Shown here: positions 42,228 through 52,672 of the stretch, one piece after another | Layout: each line of letters starts with the position of its first letter | Position numbering within the stretch: the first letter of the stretch is position 1 | NCBI GenBank assembly: GCA_036516895.1 | Contig: DATDZD010000002.1 | Span: forward strand, 13,769 to 77,768 | Length of the DNA stretch: 64,000 nt | Reading direction: 5' to 3' | Origin: Minisyncoccota bacterium | GTDB taxonomy: Bacteria; Patescibacteriota; Minisyncoccia; Phycocordibacterales; PALSA-1337 | The notes under the pieces: generated by a model | The model's database searches: none | What the model was told of the DNA's origin: nothing | What the model saw: the letters and a program-made list of their open reading frames with translations, nothing else | Made by a program: the position numbers and the translations under genes

Positions 42228-43487
42228 ATGACCAAAAAAATAATTTTCATCTTCATGCTCATTATTCTCCTCGCCGGAGGCGTGTATTACTTTTTTTTCT
42301 ATCAGAGCAAGCCCATGTCACTTACCGATACAGCAGAAGCTCCTCCAACAGGATTCAGTCCTATAAACCGCTCTAGTGTTGCTACACCAAAAAATACAAC
42401 ACCATCAGCAACAAGCACCCCCAGACAGAATACAGTAACGGAGCAAGCAAGAATACCAGCCCTACGCCACTTGAGCACAACCCCTGTAGGTGGCTTCATG
42501 GCAAGCTCTACAGCCAGTTCTACAGTGGTTCGTTATGTGGATAGGGGAGTAGGTCATATATACGAATCTTTAAGTACAAAGAACGAAATAAAAAAGATAT
42601 CAAATACCACAATTCCTCGTATATATGAAAGTTATTGGAATAAAAACCTAAATACTGCCATTTTTAGATACATGAAAGACGAGACAGATACAATAGCAAA
42701 TTTCTATGCTGAAATAAGACCAATCAAAACATCAACCAGCACTTTAGAAACAATAAATGAAGTAAATAGCGAAATAAAAGGAAAATTCATATCTTCGGAT
42801 ATAAAAGAAATAGCTGTCTCTCCAAAAAAAGACCGTGTTTTCACTTTCAATATAGAAAATGGAAGAGGGATAGGGTATATCTCTGGTTTTGATGAAAGTA
42901 AAAAGACAAAAATCATTGACATACCTATTACTCAAGTCAATATAGAGTGGCCAGAAGAAAATACTCTTGCAATTACAACAAAATCATCCGGTGTATCATC
43001 TGGATATTTATATCTAATAGACATAAAAAAACCATCTCTCAAAAAAATACTGGGCGGGATTACAGGTTTGAATGCAAAGGTAAGTCATGACGCAAAGAAA
43101 ATACTTTTCTCATCTAGCAATTCAAAGGGATTTGCGATGAGTATATACAATATAAAAGATTCTTCTACACAAGAAATGGTCTTTAGAACTACCGCTGACA
43201 AATGCGTATGGAGCAAAATTCGCCCAAACGAACTTTATTGCTCCGTCCCAGTAGAATTCCCAGCAGGAATGTATCCTGATGATTGGTACAAGGGGGTAAT
43301 ATCATTTGCAGACCAGATATGGCAATTAGACACAACGACAGGAGAAGTGCATCTTATGGCAAATCTTTTGAAAATTTCTGATGAACTTATTGATGCTGTA
43401 GACCTGACTCTAGACCCGAAAGAAGACTATTTATTCTTTGTAAATAAAAGAGATTTGACTCTTTGGTCGCTGGATTTGAATAGATAA
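42228..43487 (+). CDS. Membrane-anchored beta-propeller-like protein
   Basis: N-terminal TM, Thr/Pro linker, repeated beta strands, PDDWYKG motif. Confidence 0.65.
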   Translation: MTKKIIFIFMLIILLAGGVYYFFFYQSKPMSLTDTAEAPPTGFSPINRSSVATPKNTTPSATSTPRQNTVTEQARIPALRHLSTTPVGGFMASSTASSTVVRYVDRGVGHIYESLSTKNEIKKISNTTIPRIYESYWNKNLNTAIFRYMKDETDTIANFYAEIRPIKTSTSTLETINEVNSEIKGKFISSDIKEIAVSPKKDRVFTFNIENGRGIGYISGFDESKKTKIIDIPITQVNIEWPEENTLAITTKSSGVSSGYLYLIDIKKPSLKKILGGITGLNAKVSHDAKKILFSSSNSKGFAMSIYNIKDSSTQEMVFRTTADKCVWSKIRPNELYCSVPVEFPAGMYPDDWYKGVISFADQIWQLDTTTGEVHLMANLLKISDELIDAVDLTLDPKEDYLFFVNKRDLTLWSLDLNR

Positions 43488-43506
43488 AATTATGCAAAAT
43501 TATTGT

Positions 43507-43617
43507 TTAGGTAAAATCAGCTCGCCTACTTGCGCTCGGAAGCTCTTTTATTTGTTCTCCGCCTGCTGGCGGATAAAAATAAAAGACTTCCTCACCGCAG
43601 GCTCGCACGATTTTACT
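43507..43617 (+). repeat. Intergenic hairpin repeat copy
   Basis: TAGGTAAAATCAGCTCGCCTACTTGCG...GCTCGCACGATTTTACT with a different apical stem. Confidence 0.85.
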
Positions 43618-43623
43618 AAATAA

Positions 43624-44370
43624 TTACAATGGCTGATGCTTTTTTAAGTGCCTTCTCACAACAATCTCTTGTCCTAAAGTAAAAATACTCGTAACCGTCC
43701 AATAAAGAGCCACCACAGCCGCTATATTGTAAGAAATAAAGAAAACCATTATAGGAAAGACATATTTCATGCTTTTTGTCATATTTTGAGCCATGTCCAT
43801 CTGAATATTTGAACTTGTGTCAGTATTTACACCAGTCCCTGTAGATTTCATTGAAGCAAGAGAGAAGTGGAGCTGTAGAAATTGAGCAATTGCCGCAATA
43901 ATAGCCATAATTGTATTTTTTGCACCTATATCCACAAGACCAAGAAAATTCATATCTACCGTGGGAACATTTACGAAACCGTAAAGCAATTCCGTATTTA
44001 CAACAGGCAAACCAGAACGAAAGAAAATAGAATAAAGAGCCCAGATAATAGGCAATTGAACTAAAAGAACTAGAAAACTAGAAAAAGGACTAATTTTCTT
44101 TTCTTTATACAAAGCCATCATCTTAAGAGCTTGACCCTGACGGTCGTCTTTCATCATCTGCTTCAAACGATTTATTTCCGGCTCTAATTCTTTCATGCGA
44201 ACCTGCGTAACTATGGCTTTCTTTGATAATGGAAAAAGGATGAGGCGTATAATGATAGTAAATATAATAACTACAATTCCAGCGTCTACCCAAGGAAGAA
44301 TATCCATCAAGTATATAAGCCCATTGTAAAGTGGATTAAATATAATGGTGTTATAGAAAGAAGAGAACAT
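43624..44370 (-). CDS. yidC: Membrane protein insertase YidC (short form)
   Basis: IIIRLILFPL, QLPI..ALY, ALYW; rpmH-rnpA-yidC context. Confidence 0.94.
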   Translation of the reverse strand: MFSSFYNTIIFNPLYNGLIYLMDILPWVDAGIVVIIFTIIIRLILFPLSKKAIVTQVRMKELEPEINRLKQMMKDDRQGQALKMMALYKEKKISPFSSFLVLLVQLPIIWALYSIFFRSGLPVVNTELLYGFVNVPTVDMNFLGLVDIGAKNTIMAIIAAIAQFLQLHFSLASMKSTGTGVNTDTSSNIQMDMAQNMTKSMKYVFPIMVFFISYNIAAVVALYWTVTSIFTLGQEIVVRRHLKKHQPL

Positions 44371-44379
44371 GTGTGTATT

Positions 44380-44715
44380 TTACTTCAAAAGACCCAATTT
44401 AACAAAAGATTGCTCTAAAATAGATGATATTTCAATAAAAGACGCCTTTTTTATAGAGTCTTTAGATATAAAGACGCCATAAAATCCTTCTTTAATTTTC
44501 GGATACAATATTCTTATCGCCGAATACACTCTTCTACGAATTTTATTCCTCTCTACAGCGCTTTTTGCTACTTTTTTTGGAACTGATACAGAAAAACGAC
44601 TTGGACCAATAGTTTTTAATAATTTTAAAATAAACAAGGAAGAATGATAAGTCATCCCACCATCAATAGTATCCTTAAAGAGAGTTGTGGTCAGTCTTTT
44701 TTGGTTTGGAAGCAT
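44380..44715 (-). CDS. rnpA: RNase P protein component
   Basis: SVPKKVAKSAVERNKIRRR. Confidence 0.93.
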   Translation of the reverse strand: MLPNQKRLTTTLFKDTIDGGMTYHSSLFILKLLKTIGPSRFSVSVPKKVAKSAVERNKIRRRVYSAIRILYPKIKEGFYGVFISKDSIKKASFIEISSILEQSFVKLGLLK

Positions 44716-44716
44716 A

Positions 44717-44851
44717 TTACACAGCTATTTTCTTTCTGCCTTTTGCCCTGCGACGCTTTATAACATTTCTTCCATTGCTAGTCTTGCTTCTAACAAGAAA
44801 ACCGTGTGTTTTTGCACGCTTTCTTTTCTTTGGTTTATAGGTAAATGACAT
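44717..44851 (-). CDS. rpmH: 50S ribosomal protein L34
   Basis: [21 protein letters not shown]...RRRAKGRK. Confidence 0.96.
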   Translation of the reverse strand: MSFTYKPKKRKRAKTHGFLVRSKTSNGRNVIKRRRAKGRKKIAV

Positions 44852-44896
44852 ATTTAGCAAGAATACATTATGATAGAAGAAAAGGCAAGGAGTACG

Positions 44897-45003
44897 AGTA
44901 AAATTTAGGCGAAATCCGTTCCGCAGAAGTCTTTTTTTCTGACGCTTGCCGGAAGAAAAAAAGAGCTTGTGCGGAAGCAAGGATTTCACCAAATTTTACC
45001 TAG
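44897..45003 (-). repeat. Intergenic hairpin repeat, divergent variant
   Basis: AGTAAAATTT...AAATTTTACCTAG ends with nested inverted repeats. Confidence 0.65.
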
Positions 45004-45033
45004 ACATTATTTTAATTTATCTTGTAGTTTTAT

Positions 45034-45072
45034 TTTTCCACAGGTTATCAACATACTTATAAACTTTCCACA
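45034..45072 (+). promoter_or_regulatory. DnaA boxes upstream of dnaA
   Basis: TTTTCCACA, TTATCAACA, CTTTCCACA. Confidence 0.65.
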
Positions 45073-45152
45073 AGTTCTTTACTTTTTAAAGAAGTATATA
45101 CTACTAATACTATTTTATTTATTTTTATCATCATCATAAAAATCTCATAAAA

Positions 45153-46499
45153 ATGAATGAACATGCACAACTTTGGGAAAATGCCTTGGTAGAAATAGAA
45201 CTTGCTGTTTCTGAAGCTAATTTTTCCACATGGTTTAAAGGCAGTTTTATCTTAAAGCAAGAAGAGGGAACTATATACCTCGGAGTTCCCAACTCGTTTA
45301 CTCGCGACTGGCTTTATAAGAAATTTCATCCTGTAATATTGAGAACTCTTAGAAAAATGAATGAGCAAGTCCGCTCTCTTGAGTATGTTATAACAAAAGA
45401 CGCTGAAAAGAAGAAAGCTGAGGAAAAAAAGAAAGCTTTGCCAGCGCCTACCACATCTATGCCTCTTCAAGATTTCTATATAAACAAAGAAGATAATCTA
45501 AATCCAAGATATATCTTTGAAAACTTTGTTGTGGGACCTTTCAATGAGCTTGCCAATGCCGCCTCAAGAACTGTGGTAAAAAATCCGGGTACTTCTTATA
45601 ATCCTTTGTTCATATATGGAAATACAGGTCATGGCAAAACTCATCTTATCCAAGCGATAGGAAATCATATAAAGCAGGACCATCCTCAGAAAAAGGTCTT
45701 TTATTTGACTTCTGAAAGATTTGGTTCAGAGTATTTCAGTGCTCTTCAGGGAAATAAAGCTCAACAATTTAAAGAAAAATACAGAAAGTATGATGTTATT
45801 ATTATGGACGATGTTCAATTTTTCTCGGGAAAAGATAAATTCCAAGAAGAATTTTTTTATCTTTTTAATACTTTCCACGAAAGCAATCGTCAACTCGTCT
45901 TTTCTTGCGACAAACACCCAAACTTCATTCCAGGACTTGAAGACCGCATTAAATCAAGATTTAATGCGGGCATGATTATTGAATTGCCCGCTCCAGACCA
46001 TGAATCTCGCATAGCTATCCTCAAAGCCAAAAGTTTGGCAAATAATGTAATGTTAGAAAATAACATTCTTGAATTTTTAGCTTCAAATATTGAAAGTAAT
46101 GTCAGGGAACTTGAAGGAGTAATAAATACTCTTGTTTGTCAGACACAGTTGAAAGGTCGTCCTCTTTCCTTGATTGAAATTAAAAATTTAGTAAAAAATA
46201 GCACAAAGCCAAAGAAAAACATATCAATAAAGGATGTTATAAAGCTTGTTTCAGATTTTTATAATATAAACGAGGAAAGTGTATATGATAAAACAAGAAA
46301 AAAAGAGGTGGTAAAGCCAAGACAAGTGATTATGTATCTTCTTAGAGAGGACTTAAATGTGTCATTTCCTTCAATAGGAGATAAAATGGGCGGAAGAGAC
46401 CATACAACAGTTATTCACTCTTATGAAAAAGTTAGAGAAGAAATCAAAACTGATTCAATTTTAATGGAGGAAATATCCCAAATACGGTCCATGTTATAA
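45153..46499 (+). CDS. dnaA: Chromosomal replication initiator DnaA
   Basis: YNPLFIYGNTGHGKTHL, DDVQF, NVRELEG, GGRDHTTVIH. Confidence 0.98.
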   Translation: MNEHAQLWENALVEIELAVSEANFSTWFKGSFILKQEEGTIYLGVPNSFTRDWLYKKFHPVILRTLRKMNEQVRSLEYVITKDAEKKKAEEKKKALPAPTTSMPLQDFYINKEDNLNPRYIFENFVVGPFNELANAASRTVVKNPGTSYNPLFIYGNTGHGKTHLIQAIGNHIKQDHPQKKVFYLTSERFGSEYFSALQGNKAQQFKEKYRKYDVIIMDDVQFFSGKDKFQEEFFYLFNTFHESNRQLVFSCDKHPNFIPGLEDRIKSRFNAGMIIELPAPDHESRIAILKAKSLANNVMLENNILEFLASNIESNVRELEGVINTLVCQTQLKGRPLSLIEIKNLVKNSTKPKKNISIKDVIKLVSDFYNINEESVYDKTRKKEVVKPRQVIMYLLREDLNVSFPSIGDKMGGRDHTTVIHSYEKVREEIKTDSILMEEISQIRSML

Positions 46500-46716
46500 A
46501 TTGTGGATATTGTGTGGAAAGATACTGTATTTATGTGTATAACTTTAGATAAAAATATGATAAATAAAAAACTTATAGAAGATATTAGAAGTAATTCAAA
46601 AATTATCAACAATTTAATTATTAAAATATATTTAAAAATATCGGTTTAAAAAAGTTATCCACATATCCACAGGACTAATAATAGTAATAAGTATTAATAT
46701 AAATTAAATTAAAAAT
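46500..46716. other. Probable oriC unwinding region (dnaA-dnaN intergenic)
   Basis: Boxes TGTGGATAT, TGTGGAAAG, TGTGTATAA, TTATCAACA, TTATCCACA and ATATCCACA, then CAGGAC and TAA/TAG trio-like repeats (TAATAATAGTAATAA) in an AT-rich tract. Confidence 0.8.
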
Positions 46717-47823
46717 ATGAGAATAGAATGTGCACAAGATAAATTAAAAGAAGCAATAACTCTAGCCGACCATATTTCAGGAAAACATATGACTCTTCCT
46801 GTTTTATCTTGTATTCTTCTTGAAACAAATAAAAACAATACTTTAACTATAAAAGCTACAAATCTTGATTTAGGTATAGAGATTACAATCCCCGCCAAAA
46901 TCACAGAACAAGGAGTGGTCGCTATACCAAGTGGAATATTTTCTTCTTTTATAAATAATATATCTGAAGGAGAAAAAAGTGTTAAATTTGAGACCCAAGA
47001 TAATAATATAAAAATAAACACCCCAAAAAGCTCTGGAACCATAAAAACCTTACCACATGAAGATTTCCCCAGTATTCCTCGTATAACAAGCAAAAATACC
47101 TTTTTATTAAATTCTTCAGATTTTATAAAAGGATTAAAATCAGTATGGTACAGCTCATCTATTTCAAGTATAAAGCCAGAATTATCAAGTGTTTATATTT
47201 ATTGTGAGGATGAATTTGTTATATTTGTAGCCACGGACTCATTTCGTTTGGCTGAAAAAAAGGTAAAAATAAAGAAAAGTAAGGATTTTGGTCAAATACT
47301 CATACCTCATAAAAATATTCCTGAAATATTAAGAACTTTAGAGAATATACAAGGAGAAATAGATATTGAACTTGAAAAAAATCAAATATCTTTTAGTCGC
47401 GATGGTTTGTATCTTGTCTCCCGTGTTATTGATGGTATATTTCCAGATTACAAACAGATTATTCCAAAACAAAATGAAACTGAAGTTACAATACTTAAGC
47501 AGGATCTCATAAATGCTCTTAAATTATCAAATATTTTTTCAGATAAATTTAATCAAATAAATATAAAAGTCGCTCCATCCTCCAAAAAATGCGAAATTAG
47601 GACAAAAAATAATGATATTGGAGAAAATGTAACTATTTTTGATGCTGTTGTTACTGGGGAGTCAGTAGATATAAATTTTAATTATAAATATATTATTGAT
47701 AGTTTTCAATCCATTGATTCTGATAGCTTAACTCTCACTTTTAATGGATTACACAAACCAATGATTATTACTCCAGTATCGGATAATACCTTTAGATATA
47801 TAGTAATGCCTATGAATAGATAG
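46717..47823 (+). CDS. dnaN: DNA polymerase III beta clamp
   Basis: ATNLDLGI, VATDSFRLA, GIFPDYKQIIP, YIVMPM. Confidence 0.97.
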   Translation: MRIECAQDKLKEAITLADHISGKHMTLPVLSCILLETNKNNTLTIKATNLDLGIEITIPAKITEQGVVAIPSGIFSSFINNISEGEKSVKFETQDNNIKINTPKSSGTIKTLPHEDFPSIPRITSKNTFLLNSSDFIKGLKSVWYSSSISSIKPELSSVYIYCEDEFVIFVATDSFRLAEKKVKIKKSKDFGQILIPHKNIPEILRTLENIQGEIDIELEKNQISFSRDGLYLVSRVIDGIFPDYKQIIPKQNETEVTILKQDLINALKLSNIFSDKFNQINIKVAPSSKKCEIRTKNNDIGENVTIFDAVVTGESVDINFNYKYIIDSFQSIDSDSLTLTFNGLHKPMIITPVSDNTFRYIVMPMNR

Positions 47824-47830
47824 GGAATTT

Positions 47831-48118
47831 GTGAATAATAGGAATATTATAAGTAATATAATGAAAAGTATATCGGGATTTTTTGATAGACATAGAAATA
47901 GAGCTATAGCCGAAATACAAAACCGTATTCTAATTGCAGAAATAATAAAAAAACACATAGGAGTAGATTTGAAAATAGAAGAAATTGTCATTTCGTCAGG
48001 AATATTAAGAATAAAGTCGTCACTTATTATAAAAAATGAAATTTTTATAAAAAAAACACAAATTCTAAAAGAAATAAATCAAAAAATAAATAATCTAAAG
48101 ATAATTGATATTGCGTAG
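47831..48118 (+). CDS. Small protein, possibly DciA/DUF721-like
   Basis: Follows dnaN; GILRIKSSLIIKNEIFIKKTQILKEIN resembles the DUF721 core. Confidence 0.5.
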   Translation: MNNRNIISNIMKSISGFFDRHRNRAIAEIQNRILIAEIIKKHIGVDLKIEEIVISSGILRIKSSLIIKNEIFIKKTQILKEINQKINNLKIIDIA

Positions 48119-48180
48119 GTAGTATGTAATCTCTCCTGTGCACAATTTAATTTTATTAAATTGTTTTACTCTTGTGTGTT

Positions 48181-50709
48181 TTATTCTTGGACAATAATAT
48201 CAACAACCGCTTCTCCAGTATTAAGCATATTGTCATAAACTATCACTCTTATGGTATTTTTTCCTTGGCTAGCTCCAATATTTTGTGGTATAAAATTAAG
48301 TATTTTAGGGTCTTGTTCGCTCAATGAAAGATATCGGTCATTTAGATATAGTTCCGTTTTTTTGATTGGATATTTTCCTGTTATAAGTAATTCTATTTGT
48401 ACTTTTGATTTTTGATTAAAAGTTGTATTGGGTATTGGCGAATTTATTTTTACTTTTGGAGAATTGGCTTGGGTATGAATATCATCTATATCTATTGGGA
48501 TGTCTGCTAATATAGCTTCCACAAAGCCTGGATTGTTCTTTTTCCAATTCTCAAACCAGTTTCTAACCCCATATTCCCAGTATTCGTATTGAGAATCGGA
48601 CTTAGGGTCTTTTGGTATATCTCCATTAGGATTATCTTTATCTACCCAGTGAAGAATGGAGTGAACGCTATTTATTATCATCTGTTGTTGTGTTTCTAGG
48701 GGGGTGTCTTTTGTAGCTACCTTTTTTGAAATTGAATCTATGTTATATGAAATACCACCTTTCCATATTCCACTTAATACTGGCTTAAGGTCTATGGGTA
48801 GCGGTTCTGGTTTTTTGAAATATTCTTTTGGGATATAATCATTTATTTCTGACATAAAAGCTCCCCAGACGGGAGAAATGACAAGTCCAGCCACTTTTTT
48901 ACCCATAGAAGTATTGTCATTTTTTCCCGCCCAAGCTCCCACCACTATGTTTGGAGTATATCCTTCTATCCAGACATCGCGATAATCATTTGTAGTACCT
49001 GTTTTTATGGCTACCTGTTTGCCACCCAGAGCGTCACCTATAGGTATAAGACTAGACATGCGGACTTTGGTATCAGAAAGAATATCGGATATTTGGCGGG
49101 CAATCTGGGCGGGTATAACCTGATTTGGATAATCTCTCGCTTCTTCAATAATATTTCCAGAGCTATCTTCTACTTTTAATATTGACCTGTACGGATTTCT
49201 TATCCCATCATTTGCAAATACTCCATAAGCGCTAGTTAGCTCCAAAAGAGAAACCTCTCCACCTCCAAGAACCAGAGTTAATCCATAACGGTCAGGGTCG
49301 TTCAAGCTAGTTATACCCATAGCTTTTGCTGTTACTAGCGATTCTTTTATACCTGCTAAATAAAGGGCTTTTACCGCTGGAATATTACGAGAATGAGCTA
49401 ATGCTTCTCTTATGGTAAGAGGACCTTCATAAAGTCCATCATATTCTTCAGGAGTGTAGCATTTTTTAAGGTCAGTTTTTTCATTTTTTGGTTTTCCTTC
49501 TATTGTACATTCTGTAGAAAATTCTGTTTGAACATCAAAAAGAACTGTATCTGGAGTATACCCTTTCATAAAAGCAGTAGCGTAAACGAATGGTTTAAAT
49601 GTAGAACCTGGCTGGCGGTATGCTGTAGTAACATTGAAATTACCATCTATTTTTGTATCAAAATAATCTCTTGAGCCAACCATAGTCAAAATGTCCCCGT
49701 TCTTAGGATTTATGGCTATCATTGCTGTATTGCTGGCATTGAACTGAGATTCAAGATTTGGAGAGAATTTTTTTATAACTTTCTCTGCTTTTTCCTGTAT
49801 ACTATAGTCAAGAGTGGTTATGACTTTTAATCCACCTTCGTCCACCATATCCTGACCGTACTTTTGAATCAAATAATCTCTTACATAAAGAGAAAAATGA
49901 GGAGCTCTAATGCCAGAAGTATTTTTTTCCAAAAACTGCACTTTTTCCTTTATGGCAGAATCATATTCTTTGTTTGTAATATAGCCATATTCTTTCATTT
50001 TATTTAATACAAGTTTTTGTCTAACATCTAGACGGTCTTTGTTTTTGCCATAAGGAGAATAGAAAGTGGGGGCTTGAGGTATGGCCGCAATATATGCTGA
50101 TTCGGCTATAGTCACATCTTTTGCTGATTTTCCAAAAAATGTTTTGCTAGCTTCTTCAACTCCATAAATATTTCCACCATAAGGACTTTCATTCAAATAA
50201 GTTTCAAATATCTGGTCTTTTGTCAGTATTTTTTCTATTTTTAGGGCTAGAATCCACTCTTTTAATTTTCTGGTGATAGTTTTATCTTGAGTCAACACAG
50301 AATTCTTTATGACTTGTTGGGTTATAGTAGAGCCACCCTGAACAAGACCTCCTCCTGTAATATTGGCGATGATAGCTCTAAGTATAGAAGCTGGTTGTAT
50401 GCCATGATGCCTGTAGAACTCAACATCTTCTACTGAAATGGTGGCATCTTTTATATATTTAGAAATGTCTTCAAATGGAATAATAGTGCGCTTAGCATCA
50501 CTATGAATATCATATAGCAATATTTCCCCAGTCCTATCATATATTTTTGTTGATTGAGCCACTTTACGAGCTTCAAAAGCGCTTAAGTCTGGTATCTGTA
50601 GAGTAGAAAACCAAATAGCTCCTAATCCAATTAAAATAAGAGCCACGGATAAACAAAATAATATGAGTGACTTTATGTGTTTTAGCCACCATGGACGGCG
50701 TCGCGACAT
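48181..50709 (-). CDS. Class A penicillin-binding protein with C-terminal Ig-like domain
   Basis: EDVEFY.H.G, GGSTITQQ, SxxK (GSTFKP), SRN, KTGTT. Confidence 0.94.
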   Translation of the reverse strand: MSRRRPWWLKHIKSLILFCLSVALILIGLGAIWFSTLQIPDLSAFEARKVAQSTKIYDRTGEILLYDIHSDAKRTIIPFEDISKYIKDATISVEDVEFYRHHGIQPASILRAIIANITGGGLVQGGSTITQQVIKNSVLTQDKTITRKLKEWILALKIEKILTKDQIFETYLNESPYGGNIYGVEEASKTFFGKSAKDVTIAESAYIAAIPQAPTFYSPYGKNKDRLDVRQKLVLNKMKEYGYITNKEYDSAIKEKVQFLEKNTSGIRAPHFSLYVRDYLIQKYGQDMVDEGGLKVITTLDYSIQEKAEKVIKKFSPNLESQFNASNTAMIAINPKNGDILTMVGSRDYFDTKIDGNFNVTTAYRQPGSTFKPFVYATAFMKGYTPDTVLFDVQTEFSTECTIEGKPKNEKTDLKKCYTPEEYDGLYEGPLTIREALAHSRNIPAVKALYLAGIKESLVTAKAMGITSLNDPDRYGLTLVLGGGEVSLLELTSAYGVFANDGIRNPYRSILKVEDSSGNIIEEARDYPNQVIPAQIARQISDILSDTKVRMSSLIPIGDALGGKQVAIKTGTTNDYRDVWIEGYTPNIVVGAWAGKNDNTSMGKKVAGLVISPVWGAFMSEINDYIPKEYFKKPEPLPIDLKPVLSGIWKGGISYNIDSISKKVATKDTPLETQQQMIINSVHSILHWVDKDNPNGDIPKDPKSDSQYEYWEYGVRNWFENWKKNNPGFVEAILADIPIDIDDIHTQANSPKVKINSPIPNTTFNQKSKVQIELLITGKYPIKKTELYLNDRYLSLSEQDPKILNFIPQNIGASQGKNTIRVIVYDNMLNTGEAVVDIIVQE

Positions 50710-50737
50710 GGCAAAATTGTACCATACATGTTAGATT

Positions 50738-51958
50738 ATGTGCATGTTTGGAGTAAAAAAGACGGAAATAATAACTGATGAAAAAAAGATAGACGAGCTT
50801 CTTTCTCGTGGGGTAGAGGAAGTGATAGAGAAAGATAAGCTCTTATCTAAATTGAAAAGCGGTAAACAATTGCGTATAAAGTTGGGGATTGACCCAACAA
50901 GTTCAAATATTCATATTGGGCGTACTATTCCATTACTCAAGCTTCGCGATTTCCAAGAGCTTGGTCATAAAATAGTTTTGATAATTGGAGACTTTACAGC
51001 AGTGATAGGGGATACTTCCGATAAAGAAAGCGAAAGACCAATGCTTACAGAGGTACAGGTAAAAAAGAATTTAGAAAATTATATAGACCAAGTTGGAAAA
51101 GTTATAGACATTACTAAATGTGAAATACATTACAATAGTAAATGGCTTAGCAATCTTAGTTATAATGAAATATGCAAACAAGCCGATGTATTTTCTTTGA
51201 GCGATTTCATCTCCAGAGAGAATATAAAGAAACGACTAGATACAGGAAAAAGAATTTCATTGCGAGAATTGATGTACCCCTTGATGCAAGGATATGATTC
51301 GGTTGCTATAAAATCCGATGTGGAGATTGGCGGTACTGACCAGAGATTCAATCTTCTTGCCGGAAGAGAATTGCAGAGATATTACAAACAAGAACCACAG
51401 GATATTATTACAAACCCACTAGTTGAAGGTCTGGATGGCAGGAAAATGAGTTCAAGTTGGGGAAATACAATCAATTTATTAGATTTTGCAAATGATATGT
51501 ATGGAAAAGTCATGTCTTTGCACGACAATTTTATTATCAAATATTTCACCCTGACCACCAGAGTAGGTCTTGATATTATAGAAAATTACAAAACAGCTCT
51601 GGTTTCAGGCACAAATCCAAAAGATATAAAAATGAAACTGGCTTATGAGCTTGTAAGATTGTATTTTTCTGATAATGAAGCGAAAAAAGCCGAAAAATAT
51701 TTTACAAACACTTTTAGCAGAAAAGAAGTTCCAGAAGATGTTATGGAAATAGTCACTTCAAAAGGAGCAGATATAAAAGACCTTCTTGTAGAATCAAAAA
51801 TAGTTTCTTCAAATGCAGAGTGGCGACGGCTGGTGGAAGGGAATGCTGTGTCTATTGTCGGCACAGAAGAAGTAATAAAAGATTCATTTATAAAAGCAGA
51901 AAATACTCAAGTTTTTCGTATTGGTAAAAAGAGGTTTGTGAAGGTGGTGGTGAGGTAG
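50738..51958 (+). CDS. tyrS: Tyrosine-tRNA ligase
   Basis: HIGR, YPLMQGYD, GGTDQ, KMSSS, C-terminal S4 domain. Confidence 0.97.
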   Translation: MCMFGVKKTEIITDEKKIDELLSRGVEEVIEKDKLLSKLKSGKQLRIKLGIDPTSSNIHIGRTIPLLKLRDFQELGHKIVLIIGDFTAVIGDTSDKESERPMLTEVQVKKNLENYIDQVGKVIDITKCEIHYNSKWLSNLSYNEICKQADVFSLSDFISRENIKKRLDTGKRISLRELMYPLMQGYDSVAIKSDVEIGGTDQRFNLLAGRELQRYYKQEPQDIITNPLVEGLDGRKMSSSWGNTINLLDFANDMYGKVMSLHDNFIIKYFTLTTRVGLDIIENYKTALVSGTNPKDIKMKLAYELVRLYFSDNEAKKAEKYFTNTFSRKEVPEDVMEIVTSKGADIKDLLVESKIVSSNAEWRRLVEGNAVSIVGTEEVIKDSFIKAENTQVFRIGKKRFVKVVVR

Positions 51959-52002
51959 GCGTATTATTATAAGGAGACTGACTTATTAATTAAATTAATT
52001 GT

Positions 52003-52200
52003 ATGGATTTTAATATCATCGCTACGATTCTGAGTATTATTGCAAGTATTGTATTTATGATTGCTGCATATATGACACGAAAAGATCGAAATGAAATTCG
52101 TAAAGTTGTAACTAAAATAAATACTACTAATTTTGGAAATTTTTCAGGAAACATATCTCATTTAAATGCTGGGGCTGGTTTTGATTTTTCACATAAATAA
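52003..52200 (+). CDS. Small membrane protein
   Basis: N-terminal TM helix; first ORF of the post-tyrS insert. Confidence 0.55.
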   Translation: MDFNIIATILSIIASIVFMIAAYMTRKDRNEIRKVVTKINTTNFGNFSGNISHLNAGAGFDFSHK

Positions 52201-52207
52201 ACACAAA

Positions 52208-52672
52208 ATGTTAGAAAGAAAACAAAAATTGCTTGAATTGGAAAAGACTAATAAATATTTTTTCCACGGCTCAGAAAAAGAAATAGATATATTTAAACCA
52301 CATCAAGCATATAACTGGCGGAATGGGGTAAAAGAAAAGGATGGCGAACCAGCGACCTTTGCATCCCCATCAGTTAACTACGCTATCTTTATGGCTATTT
52401 TTAACAAAAAGAATTGCCCAAATGAATTAAAGTCTGGAGTAAAAGTTTCTGCAGAAAATATAGAGAGTAATAAGTTTGAAATTACTTTTGAAACTAGTAG
52501 AGGAACTTTAGCGAATCTCGTCACTAATGCAACTGGATATGTCTATGTTTTTGATAGGAAAGATTTCCCAAAAAGAAATAGCCCAGCAGAATATATGTCA
52601 CACTCGGAAGTAACTCCTTTAGAAAAAATTCTGGTTACAAAAGAAGATTTATCTAAATTGGCCATATTATGA
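52208..52672 (+). CDS. Hypothetical protein
   Basis: YFFHGS...F.P.QA...ATFASP...GYVYVF pattern, weakly reminiscent of ADP-ribosyltransferase-like folds. Confidence 0.6.
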   Translation: MLERKQKLLELEKTNKYFFHGSEKEIDIFKPHQAYNWRNGVKEKDGEPATFASPSVNYAIFMAIFNKKNCPNELKSGVKVSAENIESNKFEITFETSRGTLANLVTNATGYVYVFDRKDFPKRNSPAEYMSHSEVTPLEKILVTKEDLSKLAIL

